From positions 67,528 through 131,527 of the forward strand of contig CDMY01000293.1 in the NCBI GenBank assembly GCA_001179505.1: DNA of 64,000 nt. Reading direction: 5' to 3'. The DNA comes from Vitrella brassicaformis CCMP3155 (Eukaryota; Protista; Chromerida). The notes under the pieces are model-generated. The model saw nothing but the letters and a program-made list of their open reading frames with translations. It did no database searches and was not told where the DNA came from. Shown here piece by piece: positions 1 through 11,776 of this stretch. Within the stretch, counting starts at the first letter, position 1, and each line of letters opens with the position of its first letter. The translations under genes were made by a program, and so were the position numbers.

Positions 1-3000
1 CTCCCCCAGGAGGAGCCGCTTGCCAGAAGAGGGCTGCAGTGCAGATGGACGACAAGGAAAAGACATGACAAAGGGATGTGGCTTTGGATGGATGCTACGT
101 CATCCCCGTGGCTGAGTGCTGCACTGTCAGAGATAGACTGCATGCACCTGCAGATGAAACTGCACGATGGTCAAGACCTCTTCTGAGGTCAAAACGTCTT
201 CTGTGGTCAACAGCTCGGCGCCCTCGTCGATGACGGGTGTGGTTGGGGGGCCTGTTAGCACGCGCTGTCGCTGCTGGGACTTGACGATGGCCTCGGCCTC
301 GTGAAGGCGCTCGAGCGCCACCGCCGCGCCGCCCTGAGGTCTTGCTGGGGCGCCACGGCCGAGGGACGGGACGGCAGGTGGGCCCTGCTTCGCCTGCTCG
401 GCCAGCATGGATACGAAGGCGCTGATGGTCCGCCGCACCAGGTCGTCGTCCTGAACGACATGAAGGCGAAATAATATATCCTTCCTGCGTCAGCAGGCAG
501 GCCAGCGATGGCTCGTCAACTGACCACGAGAGCTGCTGGCTTCATGACTCCACCGAGCCGCCGCCGCTGCCGGTCGGCTGCAGCGCCAAATAGGCCGTGC
601 GCCTTGAGGATGACGTCGAAGTATGCCGTCAGCTCGCTGCGGAGGTCGGCTATCGCCTCCGCATCCAGGGTGGGGATCATGCTCATGCTCATGCGTGTGG
701 GGTCGAGGATGGCCTTGATGACCTTGTCGACGTCGGTGTGCTGGACGGACCCCCTTTCAATCGCCTCCTTGAGCACCGTCTGTGTGTCATCGCTGCACAC
801 AGAAACACACCAAGAGAGAGCGTGAATGCATCGGCCGATGTGCTGGTCAGATAGAGATAGAGATATAGATATAGCCAGGCGTGTGTGTGGGGGTCGCTGT
901 CGCCGTACTGACTACTGTGAACGGGTGAGCTGGTCGAATCTGTAGAGAAAGGCGCCGAGCAGCTCCCTGGTCATCGACATGATGTAATTGGCCGGCTCCT
1001 CAGCTACACACACGCGCCCACGCACAGGGAGAGAGAAAGAGAGATGGTAGGTACCTCCAATAAGGCCCCGCGCCGCCGGCCTTTGGGTGTCGGTCTGTCT
1101 GTGTCACTCGTGTGTGTGACGATATTGTCGATGAAGGCGTCGGAGGCCTTGTCGATGTCCGTGAGATACGCAACCAGCTGCACACCGCAGCAGACGCCTC
1201 ACTGTCGGATCATCATTCTCCGTGTGTCTCCTCCGTGTGCTACCTTATTGAGGTTGCCGTAAGCGAATATGGCGACCATGTCGATATAAGCCTCGTACCG
1301 CTCCGCGTCAAACAGCTGCATCTGGCCCGTCACCTATAGAGGCAGGCACACACACGTACGAGAGAGGGATTCATCCAAATTGGAGAGAGACTGGGGATGG
1401 GCATGGGCGAATACCTACCGTCTGTGCGACTCTCTGCAGGAAGGAGATCGCGGGTGTGAGGACATACGCCGGCAACGCCGCAAACTCCTCGAACTTCGCC
1501 AGCCATTTGGTGGTCAGCTCGGCGCTTTTGGCCACAAAGTGACCCAAAATGTCGGTGAATTCAACGAGGAAGGAGATATTGGGCGGCACAGTCGACCCGC
1601 CATAGGCCACCGCGTTGAGAAAGGGAATAGTAGGCATCGGAGTCTTCTCTGCGGTGCTGATGAGGGAGCCCGCGATCTTCTGAGGGACGGCTGGCAGCTC
1701 CTCCAATGGGTTGTAGATGGGCAGTCCCTTTGGCAAGCCTGAGGGCGGCGAGGGAATGAGCTCCACAATGCGCTTGAAGTAGACGTCCAAGTTCAGAAGG
1801 TGGGTCACGGGCAGCATTGGGGGCAGATAGGGCAGCTTGGTGAAGGCCTCAGCGAAGTGCTCGGCTATTGCAAGCCACTTCTTGGCCACTTTGGCGATGA
1901 GCTGCTCAATCTCGGTGCGCAGGGGGGGGCATGGTGACGGCCGCCGACAGCGTGACGGTGAAGGATTCGGTAAGCTCGCCCAGCAACACGTGGTAGCCAT
2001 CGACCTGACAGACGTGGAGTGTCCGTTCGCAAAGCGAAACACACCAACCCATCGTCTGCCTGCATATTATCCATATGACTTACGGCGAGAGAGGCAAGGT
2101 AGTCGTCGAAAACTTGTTGATTCTCGACCGAGCCACCCTCCTTGTGGTGTCTGTCGCCGCCCAGCCGCAGGCGCTCGAGGAAGGGCGCCAGGATGCGCTG
2201 CAGGAAGGTCATCCACTCGTCGGGCTTCAGCAGCAAAGTGCCCGGCTGCGGCAGGCCGGTCATCACGGATGGCGTGATCTCGTGGCCGCCTTTGAGCGCC
2301 TCCTGAAATAGCGTGAAGAGCCCCTTGTCGAAGCGATCGGCCAAGCGCTCGATGGCGGGGATACGCAGCTGGGCGTCCTTGATGATCGCCGCCGCCACTT
2401 GTCTCAGGTACTTGGCGCGAGACGCCTCGTCGACGGGGCCCGAATTGTCGAAGTAACGGCGGAACTCACGCAGCACTGCATACGCAACGCCATGCAACAG
2501 ACACACAGACAGACAGACAGCAAGGGAAGATACATGTCTCTGCTGCTGCTGCTGCTTGTGCAGAGGTGTGTGGGGTTGCATTACTCTTGCCGCCCTCATG
2601 TGAGATGAAGTTGATGGATGCGATTTCGTAGAATCCGCCCTTGAAGAGCTTGCTGACGGGCTGGAAGGCATTGACGAGCTCCTTGACGAACATGTCCAGG
2701 ATCTCCATCGTCTTGCTCAAAGGACTCTTGAAGAAATCGGCCAAGGCATCCGCTGCGCCGCCACCAGTCGGCTTTGTCAGCTCACCCTGCATGCAATGCA
2801 TAACACACGGAAAGGAACACACATGAACTCCGCCCCTCCCTCCCTCCCTCCCCCATCAGGCCACTCCACGACCACCGGTACGGACCAGAAGATAGGATGC
2901 GATGCCGTCAAGGTCCATGAGTGCGTCAAGGGGCTGGAGGGGGGGCACCTTCACGGGCGGTGGTGGCAGGAAGGGAACCTTGGGGAACATCTCGGCGTAC

Positions 3001-5562
3001 GTCCTGGCCTCGTAGAACAGCTGCACTCACACACAACAAACACGAAAGTGGACCTCCATTGCTTGCCTGAGGGAGTGCTGTGGCTGGCTGTGAGCTGTCT
3101 GTGCCACGTCACCTCCGTGGCCAAGCGGGTCATGAAGTCATACACATCGGTTGTCACTTCTGCATGCAAGAATCAAGCAGGAAAAGATGGGTAGGGATTG
3201 GTTCGTGCGGCCACACACACACACACTCTCTCTCTCTCTCTCATTCACTCTTCGAGTATCCGGCCGCTGGCTGGAGCAGCCTGAAGCCCTCGACAACATT
3301 GACGCTCATCATGCTCTCGAAGACGTGCTTCTCCGCCCCGCAGTCGCCCTTTTCGCATGAGTAGCCGCCCGCCGCGAGAATCTTGTGAAACGTGGCGGCG
3401 CGCTGCTGCATCATGTGGACGAAAGGCGCCAGGACCTCCTTGAGGAAGGTGTCCAGCTCCAGGTCGGTGTACTCGACTATCTTCCCGGTTTGGTCGCTCA
3501 TGAAGATGTCGGCCAGGGGGTCCAGCAGGTCGTATCCAATGGAGATCGGCTGGATGGCGGCGCCGATCAGCGTAGGTTCGGGCTCAATCCCCAGGTTCGT
3601 AATGTACACCTCACCGGCGGCTCGGTTTTTGCCTGGAGGCTTGCTGGGGTCGTACATGAGGCGACGTCTGGCCTTTGGCCCGAATGTCTGGCTGAAAAAG
3701 AGGTCGCAGAGGGACTTTTCGAAGAATTTGTCCAGGAAGCGGTCGCACGCGGGGATGCGGGCCGTGACGCCGGCGAAGAGCTTCGTGGCGAGCTTCTCGA
3801 AGTAGCTCAGCAGCTCACTCCGAGGAACCGTATCCACCCACTCCTTGCCCATCTTTAGAAACCTCTCGACATCTGAACAGAGATGCGGTGCGAACGGTAT
3901 GTATGTATGTATGTATGTATGTCGATTTCTGCCTCTCTGCCTGTTCGATAGGGTTGCGTACACTTGGCAGCCATGTGGGAGGTGAAGTCGCGAAAAGCGT
4001 CCGCATAGCCTTTGAATTGGCCGGCGATGGCGGTCCACACGCCGAGGGCCTGATTGTACATGGGCGTCACGAAGTCGTTGAGGAAGGTCTGAATCGGCTC
4101 GATCATGACGTCCAGCCCGACAGCGGGCAAAACCTTCCTCAGATCGTCTTTGCCAAGGGTTTTGCCTGAATAGAACATGCCCTGAATAAATACAGCCAAG
4201 GGAGAAACAAGGGACTCGAACCATTATGTGCTCGCAGGTCATCATGCTGCATATGCATGCCCTGGTGATACCGAGATAAGCTTGATGAGGTCGTCCAGCA
4301 CGGGAAGCGGCAGCAAGTCGACGGCCGGCGGTGTGTACAGGTCCCAGCTTTTGGGCCCCAGCCCCTCTATGTCAACTTTGATCAGGCTCTGCAGATCGAC
4401 AAGGTCGCCGGGAATGTTGCCTGTCGCCGGGAGTAAGTCCAACGCCTCCTGAGGCACACAAGAAGCCAGACGGGATGTATGAGACACCTTTACTCGGGGA
4501 AGAGCCAGCCAAGGGAGCAACTGTCGGCGCGCGTGTCTGTCTGCCTGCCTGTCTGTCTGTCTGTCTGTCTGTCATCCTTTTGGCTACTCACCTTGACTAT
4601 CTTGTCGCTGTCGAATTTGAGTACTTCCTCGATGCTGCCTGAATCTGCATGAGTGTGAGTGTGGTCGTGTGTATTACCAGCAAGCCGACTGCCTACCTTC
4701 GAAGGAGGAGTAGGGCGGCAGGTGGCGGGCCAGCTCGGCAGCACGAGTCGTCACGTAGCCCAACAGAGACCACACGGTATCCGGTGGGTGGCTGCCCAGA
4801 CGAATCGACGCACGTGTCTTGGCCACAACTGCACCAACCAACAAATGCAGTCACAATCAAGATGTTTGCTTGCGCACACATTCATGGATGGTGCATGTCT
4901 CGCGTGTGTATCGACCGAGCTGCAGAAACTCCAGGATTTTCGGGTAGACAGTGGGTTCGTACCCCTGGAGATCGGGAAGCTTCATGAGGCTTTCCAGCCT
5001 GAGTGGCGTCCCCATGACGATAGCCTTGCGCAGCAGGTCCTCCAGGCCCTCAGCCATAGTCTTGGGAACGTCCATGCCGGCCTCAACTGCCGCGGAGAGC
5101 AGACTATCCAAGTCCCATCGCAGGGGGAAGTCATCACTCAGCAACTCTGTGCCATTCATGAACAGGCAGAGAAACAAGCAAGTTGGTGCAACCCGCTGTT
5201 GCCCGTCCCCATGTGCACTTGGCGGCTCGTAGTTTCGAATAGCAACTGGGAATGCAGTCGCAGTGCTGGCAACCAAACTGATCGCATGCTATGCATGACA
5301 GGCGCCCGCATAGCGTATATCTGCCTTCTTGATGCCCACCTTTGTATGAAGGCTGCCATGTCGGCAGCCGTCGCCCCCGTGTCGATGAGAGTCGGCTCCA
5401 GGAAGGAGGTGGCACCTGACCATTGCACAAGCACACACAGTCGAACGCAACTCGCCATGATGCTTGCTTGCATGATGTTGCGTGTCACGTACCGGGGGTC
5501 TGGGCCAGGACGGGTGCCGCCATGAGGCAGCAGAGGGCGCTTAGGAGCACGACGATTTTCAT
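1..5562 (-). CDS. Large multi-exon secreted protein of unknown family with internal helical repeats; 3' end runs off the window start
   Basis: ATG at 5562 opens MKIVVLLSALCCLMAAPVLA (signal peptide). A phase-1 intron (GT at 5492) joins it to GATSFLEPTLIDTG. Many downstream exons with biased codon usage (ORFs 4857-5276, 4242-4520, 3855-4199, 3241-4245, 1865-2671, 1371-2042, 516-800, 127-438). A further acceptor near 33 suggests the gene continues beyond position 1. Confidence 0.75.
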
Positions 5563-6144
5563 TGGGGGGAGGGAAAGAAAGGGGAGGGAACCGAAGACAG
5601 ATGCCCACTCGGGGCCGGGGCGGGCCTCTGCACACTGAGCAATTCTAAAAGCTCCCAGTGCCGAAAAACATTCAGAAACCAGACACAAAACACAGAGAAC
5701 ATTGTATCATTCAAAACCCACAAAAGCCGGGAGAGAAAATTGAAAGAACCCAACCAAGAATCAAGAAGCCCAACCAGCAAGTTACCAAACCAAGAAAACA
5801 GAAGGAGAAACCACCACCAGCCACAACACATAGAAACGCACATACATTGACACTGCATGTGTGTGTTGCGTTTCTGCCGGCAGAGACAATGTATGCAGAG
5901 ACACAAACGTACAGACAGACAGACAGACAGATGTACAGACAGGGCAGGGACGTGCACCAAGAGTGAGGTGAATTAATGCTTTCTGGCATGTACTCGCGCG
6001 TGCAAGGCCCCACTTTGTCTGTCTTCCCCTCCCCCCAGCACAACGAGTCTTCAGACGGCTTTCCAACTGCAATTTGCGTCAGTGTGTAATTGCTATATTG
6101 TCTCCTACCTATGAACATTGCCCCATTGAAGCTTGCCTTCTGAA

Positions 6145-6174
6145 GCCCCCTCCCCCGTTCAAGGGGGAGGGGGC
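6145..6174. other. Perfect 12-bp GC hairpin (GCCCCCTCCCCC-GTTCAA-GGGGGAGGGGGC)
   Basis: Arms 6145-6156 and 6163-6174 are exact reverse complements. A related shorter hairpin lies at 6672-6687. Confidence 0.9.
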
Positions 6175-7039
6175 GACATTGCATGGTCCGCACAAACATC
6201 TGACTTCACTTGGACTTCACAGGATGTGCCTTCACTGCAATCACCCATTGATGTCGGCCCGGGGGTTGATTGGGGTTTAGAAGACGCTATAAAATAGCGC
6301 TTACTCGATGCTGATTGACCTTCGATGAGAGACAATCAAAATTGAATAACGACAAGCACACGAATATCGTCTGTCTGTTGCGTTGGCGCGTAGTGCGAGT
6401 ATGTGTGTGCGTGGTGGGCGGCGCCGCTGGAAGATACGCCAGGCGGGCGCTGAGGATGGTGTTGGCATGTTTGTCGCATGATTGAGGGTTGGTCGACGTT
6501 GACGCAGTTCGTTTCATGAGAGACCGACAGACTCTGCCTGCCGTTGCGCTATGAGTTAACGTATGTCACACAAGCAGACGAATCACGTCGACCTGATGTC
6601 ACGTGCACCGCAGGCACCTCTATGAGAGAACCACCGACGGGCAGGGTCTACGCTGGCAGCCGTCCACCTAAGCCCCCGTTAAGGGGCCAGTCTAATGTGG
6701 TTCACGCTAGAGAGACACCGCTTGCAACGCTCAACGAGTCAACGAAGGCAAGAAGTCGATAGTCAAAGGAGGCAACGAGTCACAATGGCACACTGCCACG
6801 CACCGTGTCACACACTTGTCGAATGTACAAGTGCACACGTCTCAAGACTAGTCAGTGTCCGTCCTATTATCAGTCCTATCCCTTTACCCGCTCTTCCCCG
6901 TGTTCTAGGCGCCAATCAGCAGAGGAGGCACGAGACACAAGAGGCTGGTGAGATAGAACCGTCGACCAACAAGCCGCCGAGCGATGTGTTGATGACCTCA
7001 CGACCAAGAGACCTCGCCGGGGAGGGGGGGGGGGGGGGG

Positions 7040-7339
7040 NNNNNNNNNNNNNNNNNNNNNNNNNNNNNNNNNNNNNNNNNNNNNNNNNNNNNNNNNNNNN
7101 NNNNNNNNNNNNNNNNNNNNNNNNNNNNNNNNNNNNNNNNNNNNNNNNNNNNNNNNNNNNNNNNNNNNNNNNNNNNNNNNNNNNNNNNNNNNNNNNNNNN
7201 NNNNNNNNNNNNNNNNNNNNNNNNNNNNNNNNNNNNNNNNNNNNNNNNNNNNNNNNNNNNNNNNNNNNNNNNNNNNNNNNNNNNNNNNNNNNNNNNNNNN
7301 NNNNNNNNNNNNNNNNNNNNNNNNNNNNNNNNNNNNNNN
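7040..7339. other. Assembly gap (300 N) flanked by long G runs
   Basis: N run with G homopolymers on both sides (7021-7039, 7340-7360). Confidence 0.99.
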
Positions 7340-7492
7340 GGGGGGGGGGGGGGGGGGGGGGAAGACTCGGTGAGGGATGCGGCAAAGACAGCCCGGGATG
7401 AGCCTCGAGGAGCAAAATTGATAAAGACTAATGAAGACAAACAACGCTGGAATGTTTGCTGAAGACAAGAAGGGAATCGAGAGCTCCCCGCG

Positions 7493-7545
7493 GGAATGCC
7501 ATTCCGCACGGAATACCATTCCCCGTGGGAATACCATTCCCCGTG
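7493..7545. repeat. About three tandem 18-bp units (GGAATACCATTCCCCGTG) with a palindromic GGGAAT-N3-ATTCCC core
   Basis: Units at 7510-7527 and 7528-7545 are identical; a degenerate unit lies at 7493-7509. Confidence 0.9.
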
Positions 7546-8005
7546 GGAGTACAACAGAAAAATAGCGGATAGAGGGATTTTTCCCATTTAAGCAGGGTCC
7601 CATTTATCACTCATTTATCCGAGGCCCATAGTACACAAGCAAAATGAGCCGCATAAACCAATCCCTCCACAAACAGACTGAAATCAGCCATCCAAGAGAG
7701 TGAGTGAATTACATACATACATACACAGACAGACCCATCCATTCGAATGGATGGTTTTTCATCGTTCAGGGCCGTTTTGAGCGGGGAAAAGGATTCAATT
7801 TGATGGACGGTGGCTCTGCTTAGTCATTCACGGCGAGAAACCCCGCAGAAAACGGAGAAAACAAACCAATCACTCGCTTGTGCGTATGAACCAATCAAAC
7901 GTCTAAAGCAATCAGCCCTGTATTGATTGCTTTAGGCGATACTTACTGTGCAGGGTGATAGTCTCTGTGTATGTTTCGAGCATAATTGCGGATTCTCCTA
8001 TTGCC

Positions 8006-8178
8006 TGTGTGTGCTGGCCGGGGTGGCTCAGGTGGCATGGTCGATGTGCTGGCTGTGTTTTGATTTCGGTTACTTCCTCAAGGAGATCGCCGTTGACTTT
8101 GGCCTCTGTGCCGTCCTGAACGACAAAAAGACAGAGAGAAGATGGGTGTCTGTGGAGCTCCTACGTGACCATAAGTCT
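8006..8178 (+). repeat. Repeat family R1, copy 1 (left arm of an inverted pair around gene 8304-10392)
   Basis: Reverse complement of 10856-11047 apart from scattered substitutions and a ~20-bp indel (shared TACTTCCTCAAGGAGATCGCCGTTGACTTTGGCCTCTGTG). Confidence 0.9.
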
Positions 8179-8303
8179 GAATCGAATTTCGGGTTAGAGA
8201 GTTGAGAGTTTCGCGCAGAAAAGCCCCTGTTGACGTCGCCACTCCTCCAACGTTCCTCCGCCAACGTTCCCAGCGTCAGATCTGATAGCTGTACCTTTCA
8301 GCC

Positions 8304-10392
8304 ATGCTGTTCTTCTTGGGAATTAGTCTGCCCTTGGTGATTTCCGCTGCTGGCAAGATCTTTATCAACCGCACGTCCGCTGAGCACATCATCGTGCCAG
8401 GCCGTGCAGCAACAGATAGCGACGCGAGGAGGGCTGTCGTGAGCACCGTCTACGCTCAGGAGCCCGATGACGGCAATAGCAAAAAGAAGAAATACAAACC
8501 GACCCGCAAGGTCAAGTTTGTTCCCGTCGGACCCAACGCAGGTAGGCGCATACACTGCAACGTCGCAGAGGTGCACATGCATGTATGGGTTCTCCGGCCT
8601 TAGGCACCTACTGCGACCCGTATACGCGTCACTACTACCCCAATCTGTGTCCAACCCCCGAGCAACAGCAGGGCGAGATCCCAAAAGCCGAGTGGGATCC
8701 GAAGAGCTTCCCCTCCTCAGCAGGTGAGCATGGGATATCTCGGACGACTGCGCGCCTTCCTGCCGGCGTTCTGCGACATGACCAGGTCCAACAGCGTACC
8801 CCGGTGGCCCGCAGATCACTGGTCTGGAGCACCTGCGACACGGCGACATGGAGGAACNNNNNNNNNNNNNNNNNNNNNNNNNNNNNNNNNNNNNNNNNNN
8901 NNNNNNNNNNNNNNNNNNNNNNNNNNNNNNNNNNNNNNNNNNNNNNNNNNNNNNNNNNNNNNNNNNNNNNNNNNNNNNNNNNNNNNNNNNNNNNNNNNNN
9001 NNNNNNNNNNNNNNNNNNNNNNNNNNNNNNNNNNNNNNNNNNNNNNNNNNNNNNNNNNNNNNNNNNNNNNNNNNNNNNNNNNNNNNNNNNNNNNNNNNNN
9101 NNNNNNNNNNNNNNNNNNNNNNNNNNNNNNNNNNNNNNNNNNNNNNNNNNNNNNNNNGGGGAAGGGGGGTAGCAAGAGCTTTCTCCAAACGGCGGTCGGG
9201 AGGACCGGGAGATACCTTCGTAGACGAGAACAAACATCAGCTACGGCAAGTGAGAAACAGAGCACAGGACCAGATAGCAACACATGGATGCAATTGAGTG
9301 CGTCGTTTGTCTGTCAGGCGTATTGGCTCCTTCATTCATGCAGATGGACATGTATCACCATCAGTACCAGTACCCTGGACAGGTGTGCTCATGAGTCGAT
9401 AAGATACCCGATGGGCCGTAGGAGGCCTGCACGTTTGGCCTTGCTTGTTGCAGGTTGGGCCCAGCCAGCTGACGAAGCAGAAGCCCACTCAGTTTCCCAA
9501 CCAGTTGCCGGAGCCCAAGGGGGGAGGGGGTTTCCCCGCTGCGTACGGCTATTTCTGGCCGTCCGGATCGCCTTACGGCGCATACAGCCAATCTGGATAT
9601 GACCCCAAGACTGGGATCCCATACGGTACGCACCGATGAATGTGTGCACGTCAGCCACTTGACCCATCCGGCGTCTGCATGCAGATTTGGGCTATGCGTA
9701 TCAGTATGCCGTGCTCAAGCCCGGCGATCGTCCGGACTTGACTGGCATTCACCCAGGGGAGGAGGGTACCAAGACCACCAAATCTAGAGCTGGTCGCTTC
9801 GCTGCTGCCGCGGCCAAGTGGACGGGGGGAGGAGACGGGGTGGGATGAAAGAAAGATGCACACAACCACTACCTATAGGATGATGAGAAGACAGATGCAC
9901 ACAACCACTACCTATGGGCATCAGCATACTTCCTTCTCTTGTTTCGTTCTGTTTTGCCTGCAGCTGATGGGCGGGCTGACCAAGGGTCTCGGAAAGATAG
10001 CAGGCGGGCGGATGCAGGGCGTGGTGCAGTCACTGGCCAGCGACTTCGCCGGCGACCTCCTCTCACAGGCAGGGGTCGACCAGTTCGGCAGCCTGCTCGG
10101 CGGCATGACCGACTCCTTCATGGGCCACTTAGAGGCGGTCGTCAGCCCCGATGGCCTCGCCGGCCACGCGAGCGAGCAGATCAAGAGCACCATGATCGGA
10201 CTTGCGGAGGCGGACATGGCCAAAGACAATGCCTTCCCTGCCTTCCAGGACACGCTGTCGAGTGTCCTCGTGGGCTTCGGGAGGAGCTTGGCCCAGAATT
10301 ATTTCGGTGAAGAGGGAGGGAACATGGCAACAATACTCACAGAGAAGGTTCCGCAACTGCTGCGGTCAGTCCTCAAAGACACAAAGGCCTAG
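8304..10392 (+). CDS. Secreted Gly/Tyr-rich helical protein, copy A (gap-interrupted)
   Basis: Starts MLFFLGISLPLVISAAG (signal peptide). Spliced exons read PNA|GTYCDPYTRHYYPNLC...SSA|AYPGGPQITGLEHLRHGDMEE...KSFLQTAVG...PSFMQMDMYHHQYQYPGQ...GFPAAYGYFWPSGSPYGAYSQSGY...|LMGGLTKGLGKIAGG...LKDTKA*. All visible junctions are GT-AG and in frame. Confidence 0.8.
8858..9157. other. Assembly gap (300 N placeholder; about 520 bp by comparison with copy B 14292-14811)
   Basis: The flanks match copy B, and the intervening length in copy B is 520 bp. Confidence 0.95.
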
Positions 10393-10855
10393 AGTAGACA
10401 GCCACTGTGTTGATAGTAGATGGTAGATGTGGAGAGGTTGGTTTGGTCTGCAAAAGGCAGTTGTGTAGGTGTCTGACTACGTAGTTCACTTCAGACAAAT
10501 TCTCATTCACTTGAAATTCTACAGTGTGTGTGAATGGTGGACTCAAGGACCTATCAGGCGCTTCACATGCAGAAGGACGGCGGCGCTCGCTACAACTCGC
10601 CGCCTGGCCCTGATGCATCAGCTGAGGCCGGCATGGAGACGTTTGATCGGATTAATGCAATTTGATGCACACAAATGAATGACCCTCAACAGACCAGCCA
10701 GCAGATTGTTGAAAGGGAGGATGCGGGATTGCTTTCACTCGATTTTTTCCACTGAGTGTCCATCGATACGTACGTGTCTCACCCCGCTATCATTTTGACG
10801 TCTTCCCTTCCTCCGTACACATGAAAGACTCGTGAGAAAAGACCCATCAGTCGAA

Positions 10856-11047
10856 AGACTTATGGCCACGTAGGAGCTCCACACACACCCATTGCATGAG
10901 GGTCATCGGTGGCCCTTTGTCTTTTTGTCGTTCAGGACGACACAGAGGCCAAAGTCAACGGCGATCTCCTTGAGGAAGTAACGGAAATCAGAACACGGCC
11001 AGCACACATCGGCCATGCCACGTGAGCCACCCCGGCCAGCACACACA
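10856..11047 (-). repeat. Repeat family R1, copy 2 (right arm of the inverted pair)
   Basis: Reverse complement of 8006-8178; same orientation as 16473-16793. Confidence 0.9.
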
Positions 11048-11776
11048 TGCCATAGGCAGGTAGCGAGAGTGAATGTTTGGCGTGTCGTGTGTGCTAGTGT
11101 GTCTCTCCACAGTGTCTCTCCACACACACACGCGTACAGTATTTGTGTGCGTAGCAGTAGAAAGCGGGTGCTGCATGTCATGGCTCCTTCTGTAGGTGAA
11201 CACCGGCTTTTCTGTGTAATGATGGGCGGACGCATTGGAAGAAGAACACACGCTCGGTATTATAATGCAATTCATTGCACACACAATGCATAATTGGGCA
11301 ACGTCACGAGCCTTGTTTTCAAGCCTTTCGAGCTCTTCAAGCAGTTGGTTGATTTGAGTGAGCGAGTAACAGGCTCCCAGGCATCCATCACCTGGTGTGG
11401 TGTCCATCGGTGAATACAAAGAGATCAAAAGCCATGCCATCTCTCTCTCTCTCTGTGAAAGTGACACGCGCACACTGCAAACAGCGACCGAAAACCTGTA
11501 CATGTCAGACTGCGTGAAACCCCGTGTGTGTGTGTGTGTGTGAAGCTCTGTGTGTGTGTGCGTGTATGTATGTGGCCGTGCGTGCCTCCCGCCCAGAAGA
11601 AAAAAGTTGGTGGAGCTACCTAGTCATCAGCTAGCTATCCCCGGTGTGCGGTGTAATGTGCTGGCTGCAGGAAAGCACACAAACATCAATCACATGATTG
11701 TCATTTCATGGCCGGCGTTGCAACCAACATGCCCTGCTCGCCCACCATCTCATGAGCTAGGTCTGGGAACCTAGCT

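Noticed and set aside
5658-5966. K/P/Q-rich plus-strand ORF (MPKNIQKPDTK...)
   Set aside because: Produced by an A/C-skewed tract that is the T/G-rich upstream or UTR region of gene 1 on the other strand. No splice context or coding bias.
6157-6162. GTTCAA loop resembling a tRNA T-loop / Pol III B-box
   Set aside because: No cloverleaf, A-box or acceptor stem around it.
7493-7545. Possible CRISPR-like array
   Set aside because: Contiguous 18-bp tandem units without spacers, no cas genes, eukaryotic context.
8060-8130. Protein-like reading of repeat R1 (YFLKEIAVDFGLCAVLNDKK; opposite strand FVVQDDTEATVNGLLRDAF in copy 3)
   Set aside because: Frames are not preserved between the three copies and no gene structure is evident. 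It may be an old coding fragment, but this cannot be supported.
8209-8216. E2F-like TTTCGCGC in both duplicated promoters
   Set aside because: The same 8-mer occurs in intronic or coding positions elsewhere (about 27851, 42382), so there is no evidence of specificity.
6695-9602. Long ORFs spanning N runs (e.g. 6695-7462, 8298-9233, 8724-9602; likewise 14938-15550, 26021-26698, 33635-34625)
   Set aside because: Length is an artefact of translating 300-N placeholders as X.
10988-11503. Minus-strand ORF with a coiled-coil-like stretch (QINQLLEELERLENKARDVAQL)
   Set aside because: The short coding-like patch is embedded in microsatellite and R1 sequence and could not be spliced to neighbouring genes. 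Possible fragment only.
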